This document shows, in pieces, positions 39,700-53,130 of a stretch of 64,000 nucleotides of DNA. The position numbers and the translations under genes are program-made. Origin of the DNA: Octopus sinensis (lineage: Eukaryota). Within the stretch, counting starts at the first letter, position 1, and each line of letters opens with the position of its first letter. The stretch lies in NCBI RefSeq assembly GCF_006345805.1, contig NC_043006.1, positions 72,292,001 to 72,356,000 on the forward strand. The letters run 5' to 3'. The notes under the pieces were generated by a model. The model was not told the origin of the DNA, ran no database searches, and was given only the letters and a program-made list of their open reading frames with translations.

Positions 39700-41420
39700 A
39701 TAAGATCCAATGTTTAATAACAAACAGTGCACATTATACACTGTGGAACACAAGATGCTATTGTGTATGGATAAAACATCACAAATTTAACCTAGTTTAG
39801 CATCTTCTAATCATTGACATTGCGAAGTACTTAAGATGTAATGGAGAATTAATGATGACTGGATATTTGAAAACTCCATATTGGTTTTTCAAGTTATTGT
39901 AAGAGGAATATATTCATTATTGATAAAGCAAAAATAATTACATTAGTGTGGCCATCAATAACTGTATGCTGATGTGAATAGTTAATCTTATCTGTAGGAA
40001 AGCCACTTTATCTTGGTTTAGAATTACATTAATTTATTTGTCTTTAAATGAACCAACAGATCAGAATGAGAATTGGAAGGATTCAATTCTAAAATATAGT
40101 AAGATGCTTTGATTTTTAAATATTATCAGCCTCGAGGAATTTCTCACGTGTCAGCAGTTTGAATAATAAAATTATATCTGTCATAAAGCTCTAATTCAGT
40201 TTGTTTCTGTACAATAAAAATATGAACATAACAACTAACTTCAATGAAATGAGAAATTTTGATAAACTTACATACATTCTACATTTGGTTGTCTATTTTC
40301 CATTTGAAAGGATTTCTGTTTTAACATTGAAAAAAAAAACTATTTAAATTTTTGATTGTTTCTAGTCAACCCTACCAGCCACCACATGTCACTTCACATC
40401 CAATATTTTACAAATGATAAAAGTAATTGTTCACCATCTTTTCCATCTTCAGCTTCTTCCCTTTCTCACTAACCACCATTCTATTTTTTTGTAGAGTCAA
40501 ATCTTTTGGGGATTTAATATTTTGTATCCCAATGATCTTTGAACCTTAAGAACTTTATTCAAAGCAATGTTGTTGCCTTTTCTGTCATGTCTTGAGTAAA
40601 ACCTTAACAAAGCATCCAAAGTCTGGGCTCCCCTTTAACTCATATCTTTTGAATTAGAAGGTTCTTGTCAACCTTTCCATTGTATTGTATATCAATGTCA
40701 TCTCTTCGATAATCCTTGTGTATCTAAAGGCTTGATTATATTCTTGCATGCACTTCTTTTTTCTTCATTAATGATCAACCTGTTGGCACATCTAATCAAT
40801 ATATTCCTGTGCAGATGACAATGCCATTTATTCCTCGATAATCTTCTACAAACAGCCATTACCTATATGTAAGCTAGACATGTCATGTCAGATATGCACT
40901 ACTTTTAAAAACAAAGGCATTAAAAATATCCTCAAACTGAAACATCATAACCTAATCTCTCTCAACAACATCAAAACAGTCATTGTACTTATCAGAAAGC
41001 ACACTTATAATAGAACATCCTCTCTTTACTGATAGGCAACAGAAAACTAAAACCACTGCAGTTACGGCAAGTACTACACAAACTCTGTTAACCACTTATG
41101 ACGACAATTGTATCTCAAAGGTGGAACTTGCTTAAAGTGAGAAACTACTTCAGCTATTTACAGCTACTGAACCATTACAAATTTACTCTGCATTACAGCA
41201 CTGCTCACATGTCTAGAATAAGGCAACTACTGCACACACACTCACAAACATTATAAACAACATCAAAATAAGTTCATCTGATATACTGTATTCCACACAG
41301 TCTGTTCTTTCTACTGCTGCTATAATGGTTTCTGTTCCTCTGAAATAATTATTTGCACACAACCCAATTTTTCCACCTCTCTTCTTCAGATCCTTACTAA
41401 ATTTCACAGCTAAAACCCCA
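39700..41420 (-). pseudogene. Very old APE-type LINE relic
   Basis: KDLKKRGGKIGLCANNY..ELILML at 41213-41407 resembles the R.DR..GGG.. endonuclease motif; downstream frames are broken. Confidence 0.35.
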
Positions 41421-42421
41421 CCCTAAATAATTTCCAACCCTTTATCTCCAGACTACAACTCCCTGGAATTTTCTTCTTGCACATGTTTTCTCTACAGAAA
41501 TCCATCAGTTGGATTCATCTATCTATTTCTTGGATCAAAAATTATTTAACCCAATCCTTGGATTAATACATGAAAGAGAAATATAAAGGAAGCAATGACT
41601 GGACCTTACATGGGACTGGTCACTTCAGAGGAATGGACCCAGATGATGAATGGTCAGTACAGAAGGTTGGCCAGCACAGGGAAATGGTTAGTACAGTAAA
41701 GTACAAGTTAGTGGTTAATGAAGTAAGTGATTGATTCAGATCAATGGCAGTGGAAGGGGATGGTCAATCCTGGTGAATGACCAATACAGATGAGTGAGTA
41801 AAGTAAGAAATTTGTCAATGCTGATGAATAGGCAATGTAGAGGACTGCCAGTGTAAGGAACTGCTGAGTAAGAAACTGATCAATGGTTTGTACAAGTGAA
41901 TAGGAAATGCAGGAACTGGTCAAGGCAGGAGAATGCCCAATGTATGTATGATACACCCATCAATTTTTTTTGTGTGCAATGCTTTCATTCATACTTCACC
42001 TAGCTTTCTTTTTTTTTTTTTTTGGTTTAAAACTATATTTTATATTTCTGTTTATACCAGGTGAAAATTAAGATGAATCATGGAAACTCATAAAACAGGT
42101 ACAATATTAATATTTTTAAAATGTTATTTTAAAATTAATTCATAATTTCTTGAAAATTAGGGTTGTGCAAAACAAAACAATACCTTCCTCATTTTCTTAG
42201 CTAGAACAATTTTCTATATCATAAAATCATATCAATCTTGTATTACATATCTTTGTTGGAAATATATCATTATTTTATGAAATGGATTATTAGAAGTCGT
42301 TGATAATGACACTAGAATTCTTATTAAACAAACACTGGATCTTAACCCTGAAAAACAAATAAATTTACAATGTTGAAGTCCTTTATTTTTTGTATATTTT
42401 GAATATAATTTAAAGACAATT

Positions 42422-42945
42422 ATCATCATCATCATCATCATTATCGTTTAACATTTGCTTTCCATGCTAGCATGGGTTGGACGATTTGACTGAGGTCTGG
42501 CGAACCAGATGGTTGCACCAAGCTCCAATCTGATCTGGCAGAGTTTCTACAGCTGGATGCCCTTCCTAATGCCAACCATTCTGAGAGTGTAGTGGGTGCT
42601 TTTACATGCCACTGGCACGAGGGCCAGTCAGGTGGTACTGGCAATGGCCATGCTCAAATGGTGCTTTTTATGTACCACCTGCACATGAGCCAGTCCAGTG
42701 GCACTGGCAATGACCTCGCTCGAATGTTTTTTCATGTGCCACCAGCACAAGTGCCAGTAAGGCAACGCAGGTAACGATCACGCTCAAATAGTGCTTTTTA
42801 CATGCCACCAGAAGCCAGTTTGTTGCTCTGTCAACAATCACACTCAGATGGTGCTCTTAGCACTCCTCTAGCACGGATGCCAGTCATCGAATTTGATTTT
42901 GATTTCAATTTCGATTTCACTTGCCTCAACAGGTCTTCGCAAGCT
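42422..42945 (-). mobile_element. RTE-type 3' UTR fragment with ~63-bp degenerate repeats
   Basis: (CAT)n, CCAACCCATGCTAGCATGGAAAGC and GGGCATCCAGCTGTAGAAAC on the minus strand; GTGCTTTTTA.ATG.CAC repeats. Confidence 0.8.
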
Positions 42946-43688
42946 GCATCAACAGGTCACTGTTAATGAAACTCTGAAGCTCATTTCCTACTTCACAATA
43001 CATCAGAATTGTAATACTTGTGCAACCTGAATAAAGAAGGATATTGCTTTGGGGTATCCACATTTTACCTAAAAGATAGAAGACACAAGAAGTAACTATA
43101 TTAACAATGGAGCAAGTATATTTCAACACTTACAAGCACAATTGCAATCCTTATCTTGAAAAACCGATCACTTTCCATGCATTATTCAGTCCCATGCATT
43201 ATCCAGCCATCCTTTACCCACAACCTATCATCCATTCACATTATTATCCTTAACAGAGGAGTTATTTCTACTGCATACATTAGCTCTACATTCCATGCAA
43301 AGAAAACATAAAACATTTTGGATTAGACAAAGTCTGTTATTCCTTCTAAAATATACCATATTGTAATTAGTTCTTCTTTCAGGACATTTCAAAATCTTTA
43401 AGATACCTTTGCTCATGCTCTTCCTGTAACACATTTTAGGAAACAGTTATTTTTAAACAATTTTCAAACATTCTGTATTTTAAACACTGGTAAAGATTGT
43501 AGTGTGTTAGACACTTTAGGATGGCATTTATTGTGCAGTAGGGACTCTGTGTCTTAAATCACCATGTGATGATGATGAGGATGGTGATGATTATGATGAT
43601 GATAATAACAGCATTGAAGAGAAAAGGAAGAGGGACATTAAGAAGTCAGTTTCAGTTTAAACCATTATTATATAATAATAGTAGTAGT

Positions 43689-43735
<47 letters not shown>

Positions 43736-43744
43736 AATAATAAT

Positions 43745-44520
43745 GAAATTGTTGTGTACAGTGCTTGGGTGTACAACTTATCAAATATGTATATATGGTT
43801 CTTAGAATTATGTACAAATGTCAGGGAAGTGAACAGTGTATGAGTCATAATATACATGCACTTGCAAATGGAGTGGTGGTGGTGGGGGTAGGATATCAGG
43901 TGTAGTGTTGGCGAATTTCAGGAAACATGGTGGTTTTAAAGGATGCAATGTCTCGGCAGCCAACAACAGATGCAAGTAGTTTGTTCCATGCTTCAATAAC
44001 TCTGAGTGTGAAAAAAATGTTTCCAAAAGTCATGGAAGCTGTGCTGTTTTCTGACTTTGTAAGTATGCCCACATGTTTTAGACACATAGAATTCAGAAAG
44101 GTGCTCAAGATTGTTGATGGCACGATAGTTAATAATTTTGTGGGTGTTTACCAAGTTAGTTGCCAGATGTCAAAGTTTCAATGTATCCATGCCCAGGGAA
44201 GCAAGGCGTTCAGAATATGGCAAATGCCTGATGGTGGGTATTCACTTGGTTGTACATCTCTGAACTCTTTCCAGGAGGTCAATGTTCTGAGCAAGACAGG
44301 GGTTCCAGACTGGTGGTGCAAATTCCAAGTGTGGCAGCACCATAGATATATACAGCCTTAAATAGTTGGAGAGTAGCTTACAAAGATCTTGCTGTGTGAT
44401 GCCAAGATGCCCTCAGCCTTTTTGACAATTTTAGAGATGTGCTTTGTTCAGCACAAATCACTGCTGACAGTAATGCCCAGGTTGCATTACTAGATATTGT
44501 TCATGAGCTCAAACCTTTAT
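43745..44520 (-). mobile_element. CR1-clade LINE 3' fragment
   Basis: PHLEFAPPVWNP, FFTLRVIEAWNKL, IASFKT motifs; same family as 59075-59490. Confidence 0.88.
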
Positions 44521-45584
44521 ATTCAACTCCACTGACAATGCTTAATGAGTTTCAATCCTATTAATATTAATGTTCTAACTCTCCTCTTTAATCTATGCAG
44601 CTTCTTTTCGGAGGAGTAAGCCTACTTTGTGCAACAGCAAGAAGGACACAAGCATCAACAGCAGCAGTTTTATCAACAAAACCGACAAAACCATTCCTTC
44701 TTCATTTGCTACATCCATATATCCAGGTGTATACACTCAACTTGATGCTAAAATAGCTGAAAAGACACGCATTAGTAATGCTGGACTGGCTGGGCAAATG
44801 CAGATTCAAAACCGCATGTTAGAAAAAAGTAAGCAACACACTTTAAAACAACATGAAGAAGAAGTTCTAAAGCTTCAAAATGATTTAGAGAAATTACACA
44901 TGTTTTCTCCTAATTTGGAGAGCAAGATTTGTTCAACCTCTTCACACTATTCAAATTCCCAGATAACAGCCTATGTTCACCACACTTGTAGACTGGCTGG
45001 AAGCCATAGTTTATGTCACAGGTGCTACAAACACCATACGCCGTACAAAAATATATATTACCAAAACTGGTGGCTTAAAAAACCAATTTACTTCAAATAG
45101 TAATGCTAACATATCAGAGACTTATTTAGAGAGTTACTGTGAGCACCCTACATCCATAGATGTCATGATGTACCAATTTAATAAATTTATTTATTATAAT
45201 TATATTTTTTTGTTTCTATTCATTAAATACTTCTTTTTATAAATGCTTCTAACAATGACTTTAGCCTTTGATTGAAACTTTAATGTTCCACATTATAATG
45301 ATGAATTTTGGCATCTCTGCAGGATTGGCCTGGACAGCATACCTTGCTGACTGTGTTTCTTTATTTGGCACATAGGCAATGATACAGAGGGGGATGGCAC
45401 AAGGACAGACAGAACACCACAGTGGGGACAAAAAAAAAAGACAAAATGAATGAATGAGAGATGGATAATAATTAAATGAGGATATAATGGTTGCTTAAAC
45501 CCCACTCTCAAGCAGTACCATTTAACTGTTTTAATACAAAGTTTTTATATCATTGTATAGATATCATTCTAAGTTACCTGTAGA

Positions 45585-46295
45585 CAGTGGTGGCTTGTAG
45601 ATAAAATTAGTGGAGGGAGGGGTGCTGTTTCAGAAAATTTTAGCCATTGTTTTAATATTGTGTAAAAGAAAAGAAACATATAAAAAGAAAATTTAGACAT
45701 AAGCTAAGATTTAGCCACTGCCAAGTGGTGTGTATAATTTGTTCACTGAACACTACCAAAAATTCCCCCTTGTTTTTCAAAAATCCCCACTAAATCACAA
45801 AATAAGTGGGGAAAATCTGCCCTATTTTTCAAATTCTGGCAGCAACACTGTAGCTGGAAGCAAGATAATAATCAAATTCTACACTTTATCACATCCAAGA
45901 ATATAAACACGCTTTTAAGCACAACACATGGAGAGTCAAAAAGAAACACTACCTTTCACCAGCACACCAGGGTTGGCACTGTGTGAACCACAGCGCCCTC
46001 TCTCCCTAGCGTGCAGCTTCCTGTCTCAGGCATGTGAGCATGTGCACAACATCTAAACACTGCATCACTGGAACTGTGAAGTGCACAGTTCTATACAAGG
46101 ATTTTTTGTATTTTTTTCATAAATCAGGGGATGGCTACTGACATTAAGCTTATACATTATATAATGTACAAGTATAAAGAAAGAATTAAAGAAAAAAAAG
46201 GACTCATTATATTGAATGTTATCGATAATATTGAGTGGAAATAGGGCGTACTGCAGTTCTGCAGTTCTGCAGTGCCTATACACAAGCCACCACTG
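45585..46295. mobile_element. Non-autonomous hAT-like element (711 bp)
   Basis: 14-bp TIR CAGTGGTGGCTTGT / ACAAGCCACCACTG; degenerate 8-bp TSD CCTGTAGA / CCTACAGA. Confidence 0.75.
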
Positions 46296-48945
46296 CCTAC
46301 AGAAATCTGTTTGTCCATTATTCATCCCCACAATAACGGTCTTATCCCTATCAGTGATAAGACCAGGAACTCACTAGTATCATGCACAGATGCAGTGAAA
46401 CAAAAGATACGGATGTTGATACTTCACAATTCCTAAATTTTTGGCATTTTATGGTATTTATGGTGTTTCTTTTTTTACAATAGGACAAATTTATATTATT
46501 TAATCTCAACCGAAGCAAGGCTCTATAACCTCATTAGGTTAGGGTTATTTTGCTGGTTCCTGTGACCTGAAATTTGAATATACTGTTGTTGATTGCATCT
46601 CAAGATCCTGCAATGACTGAATTTCTCTATCCCCAAAAGCAGCCATAGATAAGATATACAGCTAGCCTATATACCTTGCTTACTGAAGTGTTTGCTGAAG
46701 ACACAGCTCCCCAATGACAGAGACCTATGCAACTTGGCCAACTTCTCCATCTGTTTCACAAAAATGTGCCTGTATATGATAGTTCTGTATATATTATACT
46801 TACATTGTACATTAGACCAAGTGAGCTAAATTCAATGTTATGTTGGCAGCACAATTCTAGTCTACATCTGAATCAAAAAGCAACTATGATCATGGAATAT
46901 TTCTTTTTCTTTATTTACTTGTTCATATAGTTTTTCCATTTTCTTCTTTTTTTTTTTATTGATTCGTTATCATCATTTAACATTTGTTTTCTATACTTGC
47001 ATGGGTTTGATAGTATGACAGGAGCTAGCCAGCCAGAGAGCTGCACCAGGCTCTAACTTTCTGTTTAGCATAGTTTCTACGGTTGGATGCCCATTCTAAC
47101 GCCAACTACTTTACAAAATGAATTTTTTCCTGTTTATGTGGCACTGGCATGGGTGCACTTTCATAAATCATAACCTTTTTCGCAAAATTATTATAAATAA
47201 AGCCTGCACCTTAGTTATCTGTACCAGCAGAATTGTGATTATTTTTTCCAGCTCTCACTTGAAACTTATTTGCTCCAACCACTTCTTCTCTAAACATGCT
47301 GTGTACTGCCACCTTCCCTTCGAAACAAGGGAAAGACATCTGAGACATCTAGATACTTCCCTACAACCCACATGAAGAATAGGATGCTCATGCTGGCAAT
47401 GTCTTCCAGAAATGTTTACTTAATTGGGATTGATCAAGTGCTAAACATGAACTACATGTAGAGTTAGTCAATCTGCTTGACATGCCAGAAATATCAGCCA
47501 AATCTCCTCAAATTACAATCTCATAAAAATATAGTCCTAAATAGCCATAAAAATGACAGGACGATCGTCATTATTCTGTGTCAGATTTTCTAATATCTTT
47601 ATTATAAAGTAATTCTAATTTAATGTTTCTAAATTTGTCCACATTATCATCGATTTAGTATAGTAACATTTCTCCTAAAAAAAATTTCAGTTGATTCAAA
47701 GTTCAGAATCAAGGGATAAATTTTAAAATATACCCAAAAAGTATCAATTTAAATTGTGTTCAAGGGAAGCTACTCTTAACAAGGGAGGCAACTTCAAATA
47801 ACCAGCGTTCACTATTTCTTAGTATATTTACATGTGTGAACATAATAGTTGTAAGTCCATTCTGAAGGAGTAGAATGATGATTCGTTCACTGTCATAATC
47901 CCATTTTTCAGGCTATGTAGAACTGACTACATTAACTTATATATAAGACAGAACAACGTAGCTCGAGTTGTACAAGAGGACGTAGATGGGCGCGATATCA
48001 GTATATTGTATCCTATTATCTTTTTTACATACACATTTAGCTAAGTCTATTTCGTTTCTGATTATGAACAACTGTTGGATTCTAAAAAATTACTGAGTAA
48101 ACCCTCCCTTGCATTCAAATCTGAAGCAACCCATAAAGAAGTCCCAGAAAAGTCGCAAGGAAAAAAATTGTTTTAGGACTTAATTACAAAATGGTAATTT
48201 AATACAAGTTTCATAATTTCGTAATTAAATATTCGTATTTTCTGCACTTCGACCCTGACACTAAAAGCTGTTCCCTATTTCTACTCACAGCCTAACTTCA
48301 GTTCTCTATCCAATTAGGTTTTCTTGTAACAGTAGTTTTTTGGGGGATTTTTTCACTGTTATTAAACTATGCGTTTCATGTCACTTTACTCTAGAGACTC
48401 TAAGTGTCTCTTGATCTACAAAAAACAGCAGCAAAATCTCCCTCAATTTACATCCTACCATCTTAATAAAAGTGAAGGATACGTTAGTTGAACACTGTAG
48501 TTTTAGATATACAAACTGACAGGATAGTCACATCTGGAATGACTTTAATCATAGGATATAACTGTTTAAGGTGTGTTACCCTGGTGCAAACATTAACAAC
48601 TCCTAGAACTGGTAAACATTACTGATTTTCTTATGAAGAATGAAAGATAATTCTCATCTTAGATTGGGTGCTTATTTTACCAAAGTTTACTTTCCTGAAG
48701 ATTGGAGCTTGATATAAGGGCCCTACTTAATGACATTATTCAATCTCTGTAGTGAAATATATCAGTTCATATCTTATGTACAATACAACAGGCAAAATTT
48801 CTAACACTCCATCCTAATATATTTATCCTACAAAAGGTTTACACTACATAGCAATAGAATTCCAATTCAAGTGTAAGCTGTTCATAGAGGTTTATCAAAA
48901 TATAGAATATAGACTAATATATTGGTTATATATTAGCACTAAATA

Positions 48946-49163
48946 TGAGGGCATGCTGAAAAGCTCCTGGCTTTAAGGGTATCGTGAAAGGAATGGTTGA
49001 AGGCCCAACCATCCAAGTTCTTTTACAGAGCTTAGAAAAAACTGAAGGAATGCTGCAATAAGTGTTAAGTGTGTCAATCTGAGAGGGGGATATGTTGAAT
49101 AAAATCATAACTGATCCCCTGGATTTTCTTTTACCCAAAGCCATGAACTTTACAGCACCCTCA
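48946..49163 (+). mobile_element. mariner internal-deletion derivative (~220 bp)
   Basis: TA + TGAGGGCATGCTGAAAAGCTCCTGGCTTT / AAAGCCATGAACTTTACAGCACCCTCA; retains the KCVNLRGGYVE* C-terminus. Confidence 0.8.
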
Positions 49164-50130
49164 AATCAAATCAAAATAGACAAAATAGATGAACATCAAT
49201 GGAATTTGTATCTTGTGGTACCAGTGCCTGTGGCACACAAGAAATCCATCAGTGCCGTAGTCAGTGCGGTGGGCACATGACAAACACCATCCGATCGTGG
49301 CCGTTCGCAGCCTCATCTAGCATTGTCCTGTGTCGGTGGCACATAAAAACACCATCCGAAGACCGGCAAGACTAGTCAGGCCATAACCCATGGCCCTACC
49401 TGGGACGTAGTCAGTCCACACCTGTGCATACCTTCCTTCTTGTGACACTTGTGAAGACCTGTTGAGGCAAGTGAAATCAAATCAAACAAATCAAAATAGA
49501 TGAACATCAATGGAATTTGTATCTTTGTGGCACGTGGCACATAAGAAAACCATCCGAACGTGGCCGTAGCCAGTACCGCATCGACTGGCCTCCGTGCTGT
49601 GGGCACGTAAAAGCACCATCCGATCGTGGCCGTTTGCCAGCCTCAAAAAACACCATCCGAGCGTGGCCGTCTGCCAGCCTCGTCTGGACCTGTGTCGGTG
49701 GCACATAAAAACACCATCCGAGCGTGGCCGTCTGCCAGCCTCGTCTGGCACCTGTGTCGGTGGCACATAAAAACACCATCCGAGCGTGGCCGTCTGCCAG
49801 CCTCGTCTGGCACCTGTGTCGGTGGCACATAAAAAACACCATCCGAGCGTGGCCGTCTGCCAGCCTCGTCTGGCACCTGTGTCGGTGGCACATAAAAAAC
49901 ACCATCCGAGCGTGGCCGTTTGCCAGCCTCGTCTGGCACCTGTGTCGGTGGCACATAAAATCACCCACTACACTCTCGGAGTGGTTGGCGTTAGGAAGGC
50001 ATCCAGCTGTAGAAACACTGCCAGATCTGAGGGACTGGTGCAGCTTTCGGGCTCCCCAGACCCCAATTGAACCGTCCAACCCATGCTAGCATGGAAGGCG
50101 GACGTTAATGATGATGATGATGATGATGAT
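49164..50130 (+). mobile_element. Solo RTE 3' UTR (two tandem starts) with an array of ~62-bp repeats and a (GAT)n tail
   Basis: Matches 28720-29360; five full AAAACACCATCCGAGCGTGGCCG.. units at 49645-49955. Confidence 0.9.
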
Positions 50131-50391
50131 CCCCCCTAAATGCCTGAGAGACTTACATGGTGTGGATGTGGTTTCTTTGAAACTAAACTGGATTTCTTCT
50201 TGTTGGGAGTCCAGATGAACCTACCTCACGACAGGAGACACGGATGCGGGCAGCAGCATCGAACTCCCTTGTTGATCAAGTGCCACGTATCAGAGGTGGA
50301 TTCACAAACTAGTGTAGCTCATTCAGCGGTGGTGCCCCAGCATGGCCACGGCCTTCGGGCTAAAACATTTTAGGATTTAAGGATTTAAGGA

Positions 50392-51489
50392 TATATGTAC
50401 GTATGTATGTATATATATATGTATGTATATATATATATGTATGATATATTATATGTATGTATGTATATATGTATGTATATGTATGTAGTATATATGATAT
50501 ATGTATATATATATATATGTATATATGTATATATCTGTATGTATGTAATATATATGTAATATATATTATATGTATATATATATATATATATGTATGTATA
50601 TATATATATGTATGTATGTATATATATATATGTATGTATATATTGTATTATATATATGTATGTATATATATATATATGTATGTATATATATAATTATGTA
50701 TGTATGTATATATATGTAGTATATATATATATGTATGTATGTTATATATATATATGTATGTATATATATATATATATTGTATGTATGTATATATATATGT
50801 ATGTATATATATTATATGTATGTATATATATATATGTATGTATATATATATATGTATGTATATATATATATGTATGTATATGTATATATGTATGTATGTA
50901 TATATATGTATAATGTATGTATATATATATGTATGTATATATATATGTAGATATATATATAGTATGTATATATATATATGTATGTATATATATATGTATG
51001 TATATATATATATGTAATGTATATATATATGTATGATATATATATATGTATGTATAATATTATATGTATGTATATATATATATATGTATGTATATATATA
51101 TATGTATGTATATATATATTGTATGTATATATATATATATTTATGTATATATAATATGTATGTATATATATATATGTATGTATATATATATATATGTATG
51201 TATATATATATGTATGTATATATATATATATGTATGTATGTATTATATATATATTGTATGTATATATATATATATATATGTATGTGTAATATATTATATA
51301 TATGTATGTGTATATATATATATATATATGTATGTGTATATATATATATGTATGTATTATATATATATATATGTATGTGTATATGTATATATATATAATG
51401 TATGTGTATATATATATATATATATGTATGTGTATTATATATATATGTATGTATGTATATATAATGTATATATATGTATGTGTGTATAG

Positions 51490-51525
<36 letters not shown>

Positions 51526-51685
51526 GTATGTATATATATATGTATGTATATATATATGTATGTATGTATGTATGTAATATGTATATATATGTATGTATAT
51601 ATATATATATGTATATATGTATATATGTATGTATATATATATATGTATATATATATATATGTATGTATATATATATATAAATATG
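50392..51685. repeat. ~1.3-kb compound (TA)n/(TATG)n microsatellite
   Basis: Direct reading; source of all ORFs 50457-51765. Confidence 0.97.
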
Positions 51686-51894
51686 TAATACTAAGCAATA
51701 AAGGGTTTAGCAATGAATTGCCTTACCACAGACCGAATTTGGAAATGGCGGTCAAAGAGTTATAGCTATTTCTTCTACTAAAAAGGGAGATCTCAGTAAA
51801 AACACAAGAAATAGCTATAACTCTTTGACTGCTATTTCTGAGTTCGGTCTGTGGTAGGGCAATTCGTTGCTAAACCCTTTATTGCTTAGTATTA
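51686..51894. mobile_element. 209-bp foldback element (MITE-like), 86-bp arms
   Basis: 51686-51771 pairs with 51809-51894, checked base by base. Confidence 0.85.
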
Positions 51895-52093
51895 CTTAAA
51901 TTTTCCTCGAATGAGGCTTTTACATGCCGAAGACTACTTGGTGTGTATTGATAATTATTCCAAATTAATTAATTTCACCCTTCATTATTACGGATAACTA
52001 TATATATGTATGTATATATATATATGTATATGTATGTATATATATATATGTATATGTATATATATATGTATGTATATATGTATGTATATTATG

Positions 52094-52130
<37 letters not shown>

Positions 52131-52199
52131 GATTGATTGATGATTTCTAGTTTCAGCTCATGAGCTGTGGCCATGCTGGGGCACCGCCATTTGGTGTTG

Positions 52200-53130
52200 C
52201 TACATGGTTTTACTTCACGAATGCTTTTTAGCAACTGCCATTTGGTGCATGAGAGAGTTCGATGCAGCTGCCCTCATCTGCCTCCTGCCGTGAAGTTGGT
52301 TCATCTGGGATACCTGACAAGAAGAGATCCAGTTTCATTTTAAAGACATCTGCATCCACCCCACGCAGGTCTCTTAGTTTCTTCGGGAGGATATTGAAGA
52401 GCTGTGGGCCTCGGAAGCCCAGGCTATCACAGTATCTTGTCCTACATCTTGATGGCAAATTTGGAGTCCTAGGCACCATGCAGTGGCGCCCAGTTCTGGC
52501 ATTTGTGTAACTCTCGATGCCAAAATTTGGGACAAGTCCCTCCAGGATCTTCCAGAGTATATTATGGCATATCTTTCTTGCCTACGCTCCAAGGTATAGA
52601 GTTTTAATCTCTTGAGTCTTTCCCAGTAGCTTATATTCTGCATAGAGGCTATCTTCTTCGTGTAGCTACGTTGGATCGCCTCAAGTTCTGTGATCAACTT
52701 GACACTGGATGGTGACCATAGCTGAGAGCAATAGTCAAAGTGGCTTAGGACAAGTGTCTTCCAGAGGACCATCATGGTTTCTTGTTCTCTGTTCTAAAGG
52801 TTCTGAGAATCCATCCGGCCAGTTGTCTACATTTCATTGCAATTTAGCAACATGTACACGAAAGGTTGCGTCATCACTCATGTAAATACCCAGGTCACGC
52901 ACTGATTGTGCCTCTGGAATTGCAATTCCTCCAGGTCCAGTGTATTCATTGGGTATTGCATTTAGTTTTGCATGCTGATAGTATAAAGCTTGAAACTTTT
53001 CAGCATTGAACTGCATGCTATTCTTTTCAGCCCACTTGTATATTTTGTCCAGCTCACATTGCAGGCGTTAGTGTCCTCAGGGTTCTGTATTGCCTGTGAA
53101 ACTTTTGTATCATCTGCATAACTAATTATA
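52200..53130 (-). mobile_element. CR1-clade LINE 3' fragment (RT C-terminus)
   Basis: SYADDTK, MQFNAEKFQ, RDLGIYMS, LSHFDYCSQLWSP, LEAIQRSYTK, YWERLKRLKLYTLERR, GPQLFNILP. Confidence 0.93.

Noticed and set aside
41560-41950. Purine-rich, loosely ~18-bp periodic tract
   Set aside because: Too degenerate to define a unit; probably the decayed 5' region of the adjacent old LINE.
49645-49955. Regular ~62-bp repeat array resembling CRISPR (also 29000-29190 and 55577-55995)
   Set aside because: Units are contiguous with no unique spacers, no cas genes are present, and the arrays lie in LINE 3' UTRs of a eukaryote.
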